This document shows, piece after piece, positions 29,951-45,699 of a DNA stretch of 64,000 nucleotides. The notes beneath the pieces are model-generated. The model made no database searches. It worked only from the letters and a program-made list of their open reading frames with translations, and was not told the DNA's origin. Positions within the stretch are counted from its first letter, which is position 1, and every line of letters starts with the position of its first letter. Source of the DNA: the human T2T-CHM13v2.0 reference genome, Homo sapiens. The translations under genes and the position numbers were made by a program. The stretch lies in assembly GCF_009914755.1 (NCBI RefSeq), contig NC_060937.1. One strand, 5' to 3'.

Positions 29951-30339
29951 AAAGTACACCAAATATATATTCTATACTGTACATAAAATATTAAAGTACC
30001 CAAACTATACATTATATACTGTACATAAAATATGAATTTAAATCAAATATATATTATATTAGGTACAGAAAATATGAAAGTACATCAAATATAGATTATA
30101 TACTCTACATAAAATATCAAAGTACCCCAGATATATATAATATACTGTACATGAAATATCAAAGTTCACAAACTATATATTATATACTGTACCTAAAATA
30201 TGAATGTACCCAAGGTATATATTCTATACTATACAAAAACTATCAAAGTACCCAAAACATGTAATATATACTATACATAAAATATGAAAGTGCATCAAAT
30301 ATATATTTTATTCTGTACATAAAATATCAAAGTACACCA

Positions 30340-33300
30340 GATATATATTCTATAGTGTACATATAATAACAAAGTACACAAACTATAAATTATATACTGT
30401 ACATAAAATATGAAATTACATCAAATATATATTAGGTACATAAAATATGAAAGTACATCAAATATAGATTATATACTGTACATAAAATATCAATGTACCC
30501 CAAATATATATTTTATACTCTACATGAAATATCAAAGTTCACAAACCATATATTATATACTGTACATAAAATATCAAAGTACCCAAGGTATATATTCTAT
30601 ACTGTACAAAAAATATCAAAGTACCCAAAGCATGTATTATATACTGTACATAAAATATGAAACTACATCAAATATATATTTTATTCTGTACAAAAAATAT
30701 CAAAGTACACCAGACATATTTTCTATAGTGTACATAAAATATCAAGGTACCCAAACCATGTATTATATACTGTACATAAAATATGAAAGTACATCAAATA
30801 TATATTTTATTCTGTACATAAAATATCAAAGTACACCAGATATATATTCTATAGTGTACATAAAATAACAAAGTACACAAACTATACATTATATACTGTA
30901 CATAAAATATGAAATTACATCAAATATATATTATATTAGGTACATAAAATATGAAAGCACATCAAATATAGATTATATACTGTACATTAAATACCAAAGT
31001 ACCCCAAATATATATTTTATACGGTACATCAAATATCAAAGTTCACAAACTATATATTATATACTGTACATGAAATATCAAAGTACCCAAGGTATATATT
31101 CTATACTGTACAAAAAATATCAAAGTACCCAAAGCATGTATTATATACTGTACATAAAATATGAAAGTACATCAAATATATATTTTATTCTGTTCATAAA
31201 ACATCAAAGTACACCAGATATATATTCTATAGTGTACATAAAATATAAAAGTACCGAAACTATACATTATATACTGTACATAAAATATGAAATTACATCA
31301 AATATATATTATATTAGGTACATAAAATATGAAAGTACATCAAATATACATTATATAGTGTACAAAAAATATCAAAGTACCCCAAATATATATTATATAC
31401 TCTACATGAAATATCAAAGTTCACAAACTATATATTATATACTGTACATAAAATATCAAAGTACCCAAGGTATACATTCTATACTGCACAAAAAATATCA
31501 AAGTACCCAAAGCAAGTATTATATACTGTATCTAAAATATGAAAGTACATCAAATATATATTTTATTCTGTACATAAAATATCAAAGTACACCAGATATA
31601 TATTCTATAGTGTACATAAAATATCAAAGTACCCAAACTATACATTATACACTGTACATAAAATATGAAATTACATCAAATATGTATTAGGTACATGAAA
31701 TATGAAAGTACATCAAATATAGATTATATACTGTACATAAAATATGAAAGTACCCCAAATATATATTATATACTGTACATGAAATATCAAAGTTCACAAA
31801 CTATATATTATATACTGTACATAAAATATCAAAGTACCCAAGGTATATATTCTATACTGTACAAAAAATATCAAAGTACCCAAAGCATGTATTATATACT
31901 GTACATAAAATATGAAAGTACATCAAATATATATTTTATTCTGTACATAAAATATCAAAGTACACCAGATATATATTCTATAGTGTACATAAAATAACAA
32001 AGTACACAAACCATAAATTATATACTGTACATAAAATATGACATTACATCAAATATATATTAGGTACATAAAATATGAAAGTACATCAAATATAGATTAT
32101 ATACTGTACATAAAATATCAATGTACCCCAAATATATATTTTATACTCTACATGAAATATCAAAGTTCACAAACTATATATTATATACTGTACATAAAAT
32201 ATCAAAGTACCCAAGGTATATATTCTATACTGTACAAAAGATATCAAAGTACCCAAAGCATGTATTATATACTGTACATAAAATATGAAAGTACATCAAA
32301 TATATATTTTATTCTGTACATAAAATATCAAAGTACACCAGATATATATTCCACAGTGTACATAAAATATCAAACTACCCAAACTATTTATTATATACTG
32401 TACATAAAATATGAAATTACATCAAATATATATTATATTAGGTACATAAAATATGAAAGTACATCAAATATAGCTTATATACTGTACATTAAATATCAAA
32501 GTACCCCAAATATATATTTTATACTGTACATGAAATATCAAAGTTCACAAACTATATGTTATATACTGTACATAAAATATCAAAGTACCCAAGGTATATA
32601 TTCTATACTGCACAAAAAATATCTAAGTACCCAAAGCATGTATTATATACTGTATATAAAATATGAAAGTACATCAAATATATATTTTATTCTGTACATA
32701 AAATATCAAAGTACACCAGATATATATTCTATAGTGTACATATAATAACAAAGTACACAAACTATAAATTATATACTGTACATAAAATATGAAATTACAT
32801 CAAATATATATTAGGTACATAAAATATGAAAGTACATCAAATATAGATTATATACTGTACATAAAATATCAATGTACCCCAAATATATATTTTATACTCT
32901 ACATGAAATATCAAAGTTCACAAACCATATATTATATACTGTACATAAAATATCAAAGTACCCAAGGTATATATTCTATACTGTACAAAAAATATCAAAG
33001 TACCCAAAGCATGTATTATATACTGTACATAAAATATGAAACTACATCAAATATATATTTTATTCTGTACAAAAAATATCAAAGTACACCAGACATATTT
33101 TCTATAGTGTACATAAAATATCAAGGTACCCAAACCATGTATTATATACTGTACATAAAATATGAAAGTACATCAAATATATATTTTATTCTGTACATAA
33201 AATATCAAAGTACACCAGATATATATTCTATAGTGTACATAAAATATCAAAGTACACAAACTATACATTATATACTGTACATAAAATATGAAATTACATC

Positions 33301-34500
33301 AAATATATATTATATTAGGTACATAAATTATGAAAGCACATCAAATATAGATTATATACTGTACATTAAATACCAAAGTACCCCAAATATATATTTTATA
33401 CGGTACATCAAATATCAAAGTTCACAAACTATATATTATATACTGTACATGAAATATCAAAGTACCCAAGGTATATATTCTATACTGTACAAAAAATATC
33501 AAAGTACCCAAAGCATGTATTATATACTGTACATAAAATATGAAAGTACATCAAATATATATTTTATTCTGTTCATAAAACATCAAAGTACACCAGATAT
33601 ATATTCTATAGTGTACATAAAATATAAAAGTACCGAAACTATACATTATATACTGTACATAAAATATGAAATTACATCAAATATATATTATATTAGTTAC
33701 ATAAAATATGAAAGTACATCAAATATAGATTATATAGTGTACAAAAAATATCAAAGTACCCCAAATATATATTATATACTCTACATGAAATATCAAAGTT
33801 CACAAACTATATATTATATACTGTACATAAAATATCAAAGTACCCAAGGTATACATTCTATACTGCACAAAAAATATCAAAGTACCCAAAGCAAGTATTA
33901 TATACTGTATCTAAAATATGAAAGTACATCAAATATATATTTTATTCTGTACATAAAATATCAAAGTACACCAGATATATATTCTATAGTGTACATAAAA
34001 TATCAAAGTACCCAAACTATACATTATATACTGTACATAAAATATGAAATTACATCAAATATATATTAGGTACATAAAATATGAAAGTACATCAAATATA
34101 GATTATATACTGTACATAAAATATCAAAGTACCCCAAATATATATTATATACTGTACATGAAATATCAAAGTTCACAAACTATATATTATATACTGTACA
34201 TAAAATATCAAAGTACCCAAGGTATATATTCTATACTGTACAAAAAATATCAAAGTACCCAAAGCATGTATTATATACTGTATATAAAATATGAAAGTAC
34301 ATTAAATATATATTTTATTCTGTACATAAAATATCAAAGTACACCAGATATATATTCTATAGTGTACATAAAATAACAAAGTACACAAACTATAAATTAT
34401 ATACTGTACATAAAATATGAAATTACATCAAATATATATTAGGTACATAAAATATGAAAGTACTTCAAATATAGATTATATACTGTACATATAATATCAA
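30340..34500 (+). repeat. 2379-bp tandem duplication, about 1.75 copies
   Basis: ORF pairs 30410/32789 and 31665/34044. Shared 'cagacatattt', 'aaagcacatc', 'acggtacatc', 'aaacatcaa', 'accgaaac' and 'agcaagtatt'. Confidence 0.88.
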
Positions 34501-37500
34501 TGTACCCGAAATATATATTTTATACTCTACATCAAATATCAAAGTTCACAAACCATACATTATATACTGTACATAAAATATCAAAGTACCCAAGGTATAT
34601 ATTCTATACTGTACAAAAAATATCAAAGTACCCAAAGCATGTATTATATACTGTACATAAAATATGAAAGTACATCAAATATATATTTTATTCTGTACAT
34701 AAAATATCAAAGTACACCAGATATATATACTATAGTGTACATAAAATATCAAAGTACCCAAACTATACATTATATACTGTACATAAAATATGAAATTACA
34801 TCAAATATATATTAGGTACATAAAATATGAAAGTACATCAAATATAGATTATATACTGTACATAAAATATCAAAGTACCCCAAATATATATTATATACTC
34901 CACATGAAATATCAAAGTTCACAAACTATATATTATATACTGTACATAAAATATAAAAGTACCCAAGGTATATATTCTATACTGTACAAAAAATAACAAA
35001 GTACCAAAAGCATGTATTATATACTGTACATAAAATATGAAAGTACATCAAATATAGATTTTATTCTGTACATAAAATATCAAAGTACACCAGATATATA
35101 TTCTATAGTGTACATAAAATATCGAAGTACCCAAACTATACATTATATACTGTACATAAAACATGAAATTACATCAAATATATATTATATTAGGTACATA
35201 AAATATGAAAGTACATCAAATATAGATTATATACTGTACATAAAATATCAAGGTACCCCAAATATATATTATATACTCTACATGAAATATCGAAGTTCAC
35301 AAACTATATATTATATACTGTACATAAAATATCAAAGTACCCTAGGTATATATTCTATACTGCACAAAAAATTTCAAAGTACCCAAATCATGTATTATAT
35401 ACTGTATATAAAATATGAAAGTTCATCAAATATATATTTTATTCTGTACATAAAATATCAAATTACACCAGATATATATTCTATATTGTACATAAAATAA
35501 CAAAGTACACAAACTATAAATTACATACTGTACATAAAATATGAGATTACATCAAATATATATTAGGTACATAAAATATGAAAGTACCTCAAATATAGAT
35601 TATATGCTGTATATAAAATATCAATGTACCCCAAATATATATTTTATACTCTACATGAAATATCAAAGTTCACAAACCATATATTATATACTGTACATAA
35701 AATATCAAAGTACCCAAGGTATATATTCTATACTGTACAAAAAATATCAAAGTACCCAAAGCATGTATAATATACTGTACATAAAATATGAAAGTACATC
35801 AAATATATATTTTATTCTGTACATAAAATATCAAAGTACACCAGATATATATTCTATAGTGTAAATAAAATATCAAAGTACCCAAACTATACATTATATA
35901 CTGTACATAAAATATGAAATTACATCAAATATATTTTATATTAGGTACATAAAATATGAAAGTACATCAAATATAGATTATATACTGTACATTAAATACC
36001 AAAGTACCCCAAATATATATTTTATACTGTACATGAAATATCAAAGTACACAAACTATATATTATATACTGTACATAAAATATCAAAGTACCCAAGGTAT
36101 ATATTCTATACTGTACAAAAAATATCAAAGTACCCAAAGCATGTATTATATACTGTACATAAAATATGAAATACATCAAATATATATTTTATTCTGTACA
36201 TAAAATATCAAAGTACACCAGATATATATTCTATAGTGTACATAAAATAACAAAGTACACAAACTATACATTATAAACTGTACATAAAATATGAAATTAC
36301 ATCAAATATATATTAGGTACATAAAATATGAAAGTACATCAAATATAGATTATATACTGTACATAAAATATCAAAGTACCCCAAATATATATTATATACT
36401 CTACATAAAATATCAAAGTTCACAAACTATATATTATATACTGTACATAAAATATCAAAGTACCCAAGGTATATATTCTATACTGTACAAAAAATATCAA
36501 AGTACCCAAAGCATATATTATATACTGTATATAAAATATGAAAGTACATCAAATATATATTTTATTCTGTACATAAAATATCAAAGTACACCAGATATAT
36601 ATTCTATAGTGTATATAAAATAACAAGGTACACAAACTATAAAATATATACTGTACATAAAATATGAAATTACATCAAATATATATTAGGTACATAAAAT
36701 ATGAAAGTACATCAAATATAGATTATATACTGTACATATATTATCAATGTACCCCAAATATGTATTTTATACTCTACATGAAATATCAAAGTTCACAAAC
36801 CATATATTATATACTGTACATAAAATATCAAAGTATCCAAGGTATATATTCTATACTGTACAAAAAATATCAAAGTACCCAAAGCATGTTTTATATACTG
36901 TACATAAAATATGAAAGTACATCAAATATATATTTTATTCTGTACATAAAATATCAAAGTACACCAGATATATATTCTATAGTGTACATAAAATATCAAA
37001 GTACCCAAACTATACATTATATACTGTACATAAAATATGAAATTACATCAAACATATATTATATTAGGTACATAAAATATGAAAGTACATCAAATATAGA
37101 TTATATACTGTACACTAAATACCAAAGTACCCCAAATATATATTTTATACTGTATATGAAATATCAAAGTTCACAAACTATATATTATATTCTGTACATA
37201 AAATATCAAAGTACCCAACGTATATATTCTATACTGTACAAAAAATATCAAAGTACCCAAAGCATGTATAATATACTGTACATAAATATGAAAGTACATC
37301 AAATATATATATTATTCTGTACATAAAATATCAAAGTACACCAGATATATATTCTATAGTGTACATAAAATATCAAAGTACCCAAACTATACATTATATA
37401 CTGTAAATAAAATATGAAATTACATCAAATATATATTATATTAGGTACATAAAATATGAAAGTACATCAAATATAGATTATATACTGTACATTAAATACC

Positions 37501-37949
37501 AAAGTACCCCAAATATATATTTTATACTGTACATGAAATATCAAAGTTCACAAACTATATATTATATACTGTACATAAAATATCAAAGTACCCAAGGTAT
37601 ATATTCTATACTGTACAAAAAATATCAAAGTACCCAAAGCACGTATTATATACTGTACCTAAAATATGAAAGTACATCAAATATATATTTTATTCTGTAC
37701 ATAAAATATCAAAGTACACCAGATATATATTCTATAGTGTACATAAAATATCAAAGTACCCAAACTATACATTATATACTGTACATAAAATATGAAATTA
37801 CGTCAAATATATATTATATTAGGTACATAAAATATGAAAGTACATCAAATATAGATTATACACTGTACATAAAATATCAAAGTACCCCAAATATATATTA
37901 TATACTCTACATGAAATATCAAAGTTCACAAACTATATATTATATACTG

Positions 37950-40900
37950 TACATAAAATAAAGTCCCCAAGGTATATATTCTATACTGTAGAAAAAATAT
38001 CAAAGTACCCAAAGCATGTATTATATACTGTATATAAAATATGAAAGTACATCAAATATATATTTTATTCTGTACATAATATATCAAAGTACACCAGATA
38101 TATATTCTATAGTGTACATAAAATAACAAAGTACAAAAACTATAAATTATATACTGTACATAAAATATGAAATTACATCAAATATATATTAGGTACATAA
38201 AATATGAAAGTACATCAAATATAGATTATATACTGTACATAAAATTTCAATGTACCCCAAATATATATTTTATACTCTACATGAAATATCAAAGTTCACA
38301 AACCATATATTATATACTGTACATAAAATATCAAAGTACCCAAGGTATATATTCTATACTATACAAAAAATATCAAAGTACCCAAAGCATGTATTATATA
38401 CTGTACCTAAAATATGAAAGTACATCAAATATATATTTTATTCTGTACATAAAATATCAAAGTACACCAGATATATATTCTATAGTGTACATAAAATATC
38501 AAAGTACCCAAACTATACATTATATACTGTACATAAAATATGAAATTACATCAAATATATTTTATATTAGGTACATAAAATATGAAAGTACATGAAATAT
38601 AGATTATATACTGTACATTAAATACCAAAGTACCCCAAATATATATTTTATACTGTACATGAAATATCAAAGTTCACAAACTATATATTATATACTGTAC
38701 ATAAAATATCAAAGTACCCAAGGTATATATTCTATACTGTACAAAAAATAACAAAGTACCAAAAGCATGTATAATATACTGTACATAAAATATGAAAGTA
38801 CATCAAATATATATTTTATTCTGTACATAAAATATCAAAGTACACCAGATATATATTCTATAGTGTACATAAAATATCAAAGTACCCAAACTATACATTA
38901 TATACTGTAAATAAAATATGAAATTACATCAAATATATTTTATATTAGGTACATAAAATATGAAAGTACATCAAATATAGATTATATACTGTACATTAAA
39001 TACCAAAGTACCCCAAATATATATTTTATACTGTACATGAAATATCAAAGTTCACAAACTATATATTATATACTGTACATAAATTATCAAAGTACCCAAG
39101 GTATATATTCTATACTGTAGAAAAAATATCAAAGTACCCAAAGCATGTATTATATACTGTACATAAAATATGAAAGTACATCAAATATATATTTTATTCT
39201 GTACATAATATATGAAAGTACACCAGATATATATTCTATAGTGTACATAAAATAACAAAGTACACAAACTATACATTATATACTGTACATAAAATATGAA
39301 ATTGCATCAAATATATATTAGGTACATAAAATATGAAAGTTCGTCAAATATAGATTATATACTGTACATAAAATATCAATGTACCCCAAATATATATTTT
39401 ATACTATACATGAAATATCAAAGTTCACAAACCATATATTGTATACTGTACATAAAATATCAAAGTACCCAAGGTATATGTTCTATACTGTACAAAAAAT
39501 ATCAAAGTACCCAAAGCATGTATTATATACTGTACATAAAATATGAAAGTACATCAAATATATATTTTATTCCGTACATAAAATATCAAAGTACACCAGA
39601 TATATATTCTATAGTGTACATAAAATATCAAAGTACACAAACTATACATTACATACTGTACATAAAATATGAAATTACATCAAATATATATTATATAAGG
39701 TACATAAAATATGAAAGTACATCAAATATAGATTATATACTGTACATTAAATACCAAAGAACCCCAAATATATATTATATACTCTACATGATATATCAAA
39801 GTTCACAAACTATATATTATATACTGTACATAAAATATCAAAGTACCCAAGGTATATATTCTATACTGTACAAAAAATATCAAAGTACCCAAAGCATGTA
39901 TTATATACTGTATATAAAATATGAAAGTACATCAAATATATATTTTATTCTGTACATAAAATATCAAAGTACACCAGATATATATTCTATAGTGTACATA
40001 AAATAACAAAGTACAAAAACTATAAATTATATACTGTACATAAAATATGAAATTACATCAAATATATATTAGGTACCTAAAATATGAAAGTACATCAAAT
40101 ATAGATTATATACTGTACATAAAATATCAATGTACCCCAAATATATATTTTATACTCGACATGAAATATCAAAGTTCACAAACCATATAATATATACTGT
40201 ACATAAAATATCAAAGTACCCAAGTTATATATTCTATACTGTACAAAAAATATCAAAGTACCCAAAGCATGTATTATATACTGTACATAAAATATGAAAG
40301 TACATCAAATATATATTTTATTCTGTACATAAAATATCAAAGTACACCAGATATATATTCTATAGTGTACATAAAATATCAAAGTACCCAAACTATACAT
40401 TATATACTGTACATAAAATATGAAATTACGTCAAATATATATTATATTAGGTACATAAAATATGAAAGTACATCAAATATAGATTATATACTGTACATGA
40501 AATATCAAAGTTCACAAACTATATATTATATACTGTACATATAATATCAAAGTACCCAAGGTATATATTCTATACTGTACAAAAAATATCAAAGTACCCA
40601 AACCATGTATTATATACTGTACCTAAAATATGAAAGTACATCAAATATATATTTTATTCTGTACATAAAATATCAAAGTACACCAGATATATATTCTATA
40701 GTGTACATAAAATATCAAAGTACCCAAACTATACATTATATACTGTACATAAAATATGAAATTACATCAAATATATATTATATTAGGTACATAAAATATG
40801 AAAGTACATCAAATATATATTATATTAGGTACATAAAATATGAAAGTACATCAACTATAGATTATATACTGTACATAAAATATCAAAGTACCCCAAATAT

Positions 40901-42880
40901 ATATTATATACTCTACATGAAATATCAAAGTTCACAAACTATATATTATATACTGTACATAAAATAAAGTCCCCAAGGTATATATTCTATACTGTAGAAA
41001 AAATATCAAAGTACCCAAAGCATGTATTATATACTGTATATAAAATATGAAAGTACATCAAATATATATTTTATTCTGTACATAATATATCAAAGTACAC
41101 CAGAAATATATTCTATAGTGTACATAAAATAACAAAGTACAAAAACTATAAATTATATACTGTACATAAAATATGAAATTACATCAAATATATATTAGGT
41201 ACATAAAATATGAGAGTACATCAAATATAGATTATATACTGTACATAAAATTTCAATGTACCCCAAATATATATTTTATACTCTACATGAAATATGAAAG
41301 TTCACAAACCATATATTATATACTGTACATAAAATATCAAAGTACCCAAGGTATATATTCTATACTATACAAAAAATATCAAAGTACCCAAAGCATGTAT
41401 TATATACTGTACCTAAAATATGAATGTACATCAAATATATATTTTATTCTGTACATAAAATATCAAAGTACACCAGATATATATTCTATAGTGTACACAA
41501 AATATCAAAGTACCCAAACTATACATTATATACTGTACATAAAATATGAAATTACACCAAATATATATTATATTAGGTACATAAAATATGAAAGTACATG
41601 AAATATAGATTATATACTGTACATAAAATATCAAGGTACCCCAAATATATATTATATACTCTACATGAAATATCAAAGTTCACAAACTATATATTATATA
41701 CTGTACATATAATATCAAAGTACCCAAGGTATATATTCTATACTGTACAAAAAATAACAAAGTACCAAAACCATGTATAATATACTGTACATAAAATATG
41801 AAAGTACATCAAATATATATTTTATTCTGTACATAAAATATCAAAGTACACCAGATATATATTCTATAGTGTACATAAAATACCAAAGTACCCAAACTAT
41901 ACATTATATACTGTAAATAAAATATGAAATTACATCAAATATATTTTATATTAGGTACATAAAATATGAAAGTACATCAAATATAGATTATATACTGTAC
42001 ATTAAATACCAAAGTACCCCAAATATATATTTTATACTGTACATGAAATATCAAAGTTCACAAACTATATATTATATACTGTACATAAATTATCAAAGTA
42101 CCCAAGGTATATATTCTATACTGTACAAAAAATATCAAAGTACCCAAAGCATGTATTACATACTGTACATAAAATATGAAAGTACATCAAATATATATTT
42201 TATTCTGTACATAATATATCAAAGTGCACCAGATATATATTCTATAGTGTACATAAAATAACAAAGTACACAAACTATACATTATATACTGTACATAAAA
42301 TATGAAATTACATCAAATATATATTAGGTACATAAAATATGAAAGTACATCAAATATAGATGATATACTGTACATAAAATATCAATGTACCCCAAATATA
42401 TATTTTATACTATACATGAAATATCAAAGTTCACAAACCATATATTGTATACTGTACATAAAATATCAAAGTACCCAAGGTATATGTTCTATACTGTACA
42501 AAAAATATCAAAGTACCCAAAGCATGTATTATATACTGTACATAAAATATGAAAGTACATCAAATATATATTTTATTCCGTTCATAAAATATCAAAATAC
42601 ACCAGATATATATTCTATAGTGTACATAAAATATCAAAGTACACAAACTATACATTATATACTGTACATAAAATATGAAATTACATCAAATATATATTAT
42701 ATAAGGTACACAAAATATGAAAGTACATCAAATATAGATTATATACTGTACATTAAATACCAAAGAACCCCAAATATATATTATATACTCTACATGAAAT
42801 ATCAAAGTTCACAAACTATATATTATATACTGTACATAAAATATCAAAGTACCCAAGGTATATATTCTATACTGTACAAA
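37950..42880 (+). repeat. 3006-bp super-repeat (8 HORs), partial second copy
   Basis: ORF pairs 38167/41173 and 39296/42302, ORF ends 37961/40967. Shared 'ttccgt', 'ataagg' and 'aaagaaccc'. 8x378 - (3x5+3) = 3006. Confidence 0.8.
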
Positions 42881-45699
42881 AAATATGAAAGTACCCAAAG
42901 CGTGTATTTTATACTGTATATGAAATATGAAATTACATCAAATATATATTTTATTCTGTACATAAAATATCAAAGTACACCAGATATATATTCTATAGTG
43001 TACATACAATATCAAAGTACCCAAACTATACATTATATGCTGTACATAAAATATGAAATTACATCAAATATATATTATATTAGGTACATAAAATATGAAA
43101 GTACATCAAATATAGATTATACACTGTACATAAAATATCAAAGTACCCCAAATATATATTATATACTCTACATGAAATATCAAAGTTCACAAACTATATA
43201 TTATATACTGTACATAAAATAAAGTCCCCAAGGTATATATTCTATACTGTAGAAAAAATATCAAAGTACCCAAAGCATGTATTATATACTGTATATAAAA
43301 TATGAAAGTACATCAAATATATATTTTATTCTGTACATAATATATCAAAGTACACCAGAAATATATTCTATAGTGTACATAAAATAACAAAGTACAAAAA
43401 CTATAAATTATATACAGTACATAAAATATGAAATTACCTCAAATATATATTAGGTACATAAAATATGAAAGTACATCAAATATAGTTTATATACTGTACA
43501 TAAAATTTCAATGTACCCCAAATATATATTTTATACTCTACATGAAATATCAAAGTTCACAAACCATATATTATATACTGTACATAAAATATCAAAGTAC
43601 CCAAGGTATATATTCTATACTATACAAAAAATATCAAAGTACCCAAAGCATGTATTATATACTGTACCTAAAATATGAAAGTACATCAAATATATATTTT
43701 ATTCTGTACATAAAATATCAAAGTACACCAGATATATATTCTATAGTGTACATAAAATATCAAAGTACCCAAACTATACATTATATACTGTACATAAAAT
43801 ATGAAATTACATCAAATATATATTATATTAGGTACATAAAATATGAAAGTACATCATACATAGATTATACACTGTACATAAAATATCAAAGTACCCCAAA
43901 TATATATTATATACTCTACATGAAATATCAAAGTTCACAAACTATATATTATATACTGTACATAAAATAAAGTCCCCAAGGTATATATTCTATACTATAC
44001 AAAAAATATCAAAGTACCCAAAGCATGTATTATATACTGTACCTAAAATATGAAAGTACATCAAATATATATTTTATTCTGTACATAAAATATCAAAGTA
44101 CACCAGATATATATTCTATAGTGTACATAAAATATCAAAGTACCCAAACTATACATTATATACTGTAAATAAAATATGAAATTACATCAAATATATTTTA
44201 TATTAGGTACATAAAATATGAAAGTACATCAAATGTAGATTATATACTGTACATTAAATACCAAAGTACCCCAAATATATATTTTATACTGTACATGAAA
44301 TATCAAATTTCACAAACTATATATTATATACTGTACATAAATTATCAAAGTACCCAAGGTATATATTCTATACTGTACAAAAAATATCAAAGTACCCAAA
44401 GCATGTATTATATACTGTACATAAAATATGAAAGTACATCAAATATATATTTTATTCTGTACATAATATATCAAAGTACACCAGATATATTTTCTATAGT
44501 GTACATAAAATAACAAAGTACACAAACTATACATTATATACTGTACATAAAATATGAAATTACATCAAATATATATTAGGTACATAAAATATGAAAGTAC
44601 ATCAAATATAGATTATATACGGTACATAAAATATGAAAGTACATCAAATATAGATTATATACTGTACATAAAATATCAATGTACCCCAAATATATATTTT
44701 ATACTATACATGAAATATCAAAGTTCACAAAGCATATATTGTATACTGTACATAAAATATCAAAGTACCCAAGGTATATGTTCTATACTGTACAAAAAAT
44801 ATCAAAGTACCCAAAGCATGTATTATATACTGTACATAAAATATGAAAGTACATCAAATATATATTTTATTCCGTTCATAAAATATCAAAGTACACCAGA
44901 TATATATTCTATAGTGTACATAAAATATCAAAGTACACAAACTATACATTATATACTGTACATAAAATATGAAATTACATCAAATATATATTATATAAGG
45001 TACACAAAATATGAAAGTACATCAAATATAGATTATATACTGTACATTAAATACCAAAGAACCCCAAATATATATTATATACTCTACATGAAATATCAAA
45101 GTTCACAAACTATATATTATATACTGTACATAAAATATCAAAGTACCCAAGGTATATATTCTATACTGTACAAAAAATATCAAAGTACCCAAAGCATGTA
45201 TTATATACTGTATATAAAATATGAATGTACATCAAATATATATTTTATTCTGTACATAAAATATCAAAGTACACCAGATATATATTCTATAGTGTACATA
45301 AAATATCAAAGTACCCAAACTATACATTATATACTGTAAATAAAACATGAAATTACATCAAATATATATTATGTTAGGTACATAAAATATGAAAGTACAT
45401 CAAATATAGATTATATACTGTACATTAAATACCAAAGTACCCCAAATATATATTATATACTCTACATGAAATATCAAAGTTCACAAACTATATATTATAT
45501 ACTGTACATAAAATATCAAAGTACCCAAGGTATATATTCTATACTATACAAAAAATATCAAAGTACCCAAAGCATGTATTATATACTGTACCTAAAATAT
45601 GAAAGTACTTCAAATATATATTTTATTCTGTACATAAAATATCAAAGTACACGAGATATATATTCTATAGTGTACATAAAATATGAAAGTACCCAAACT

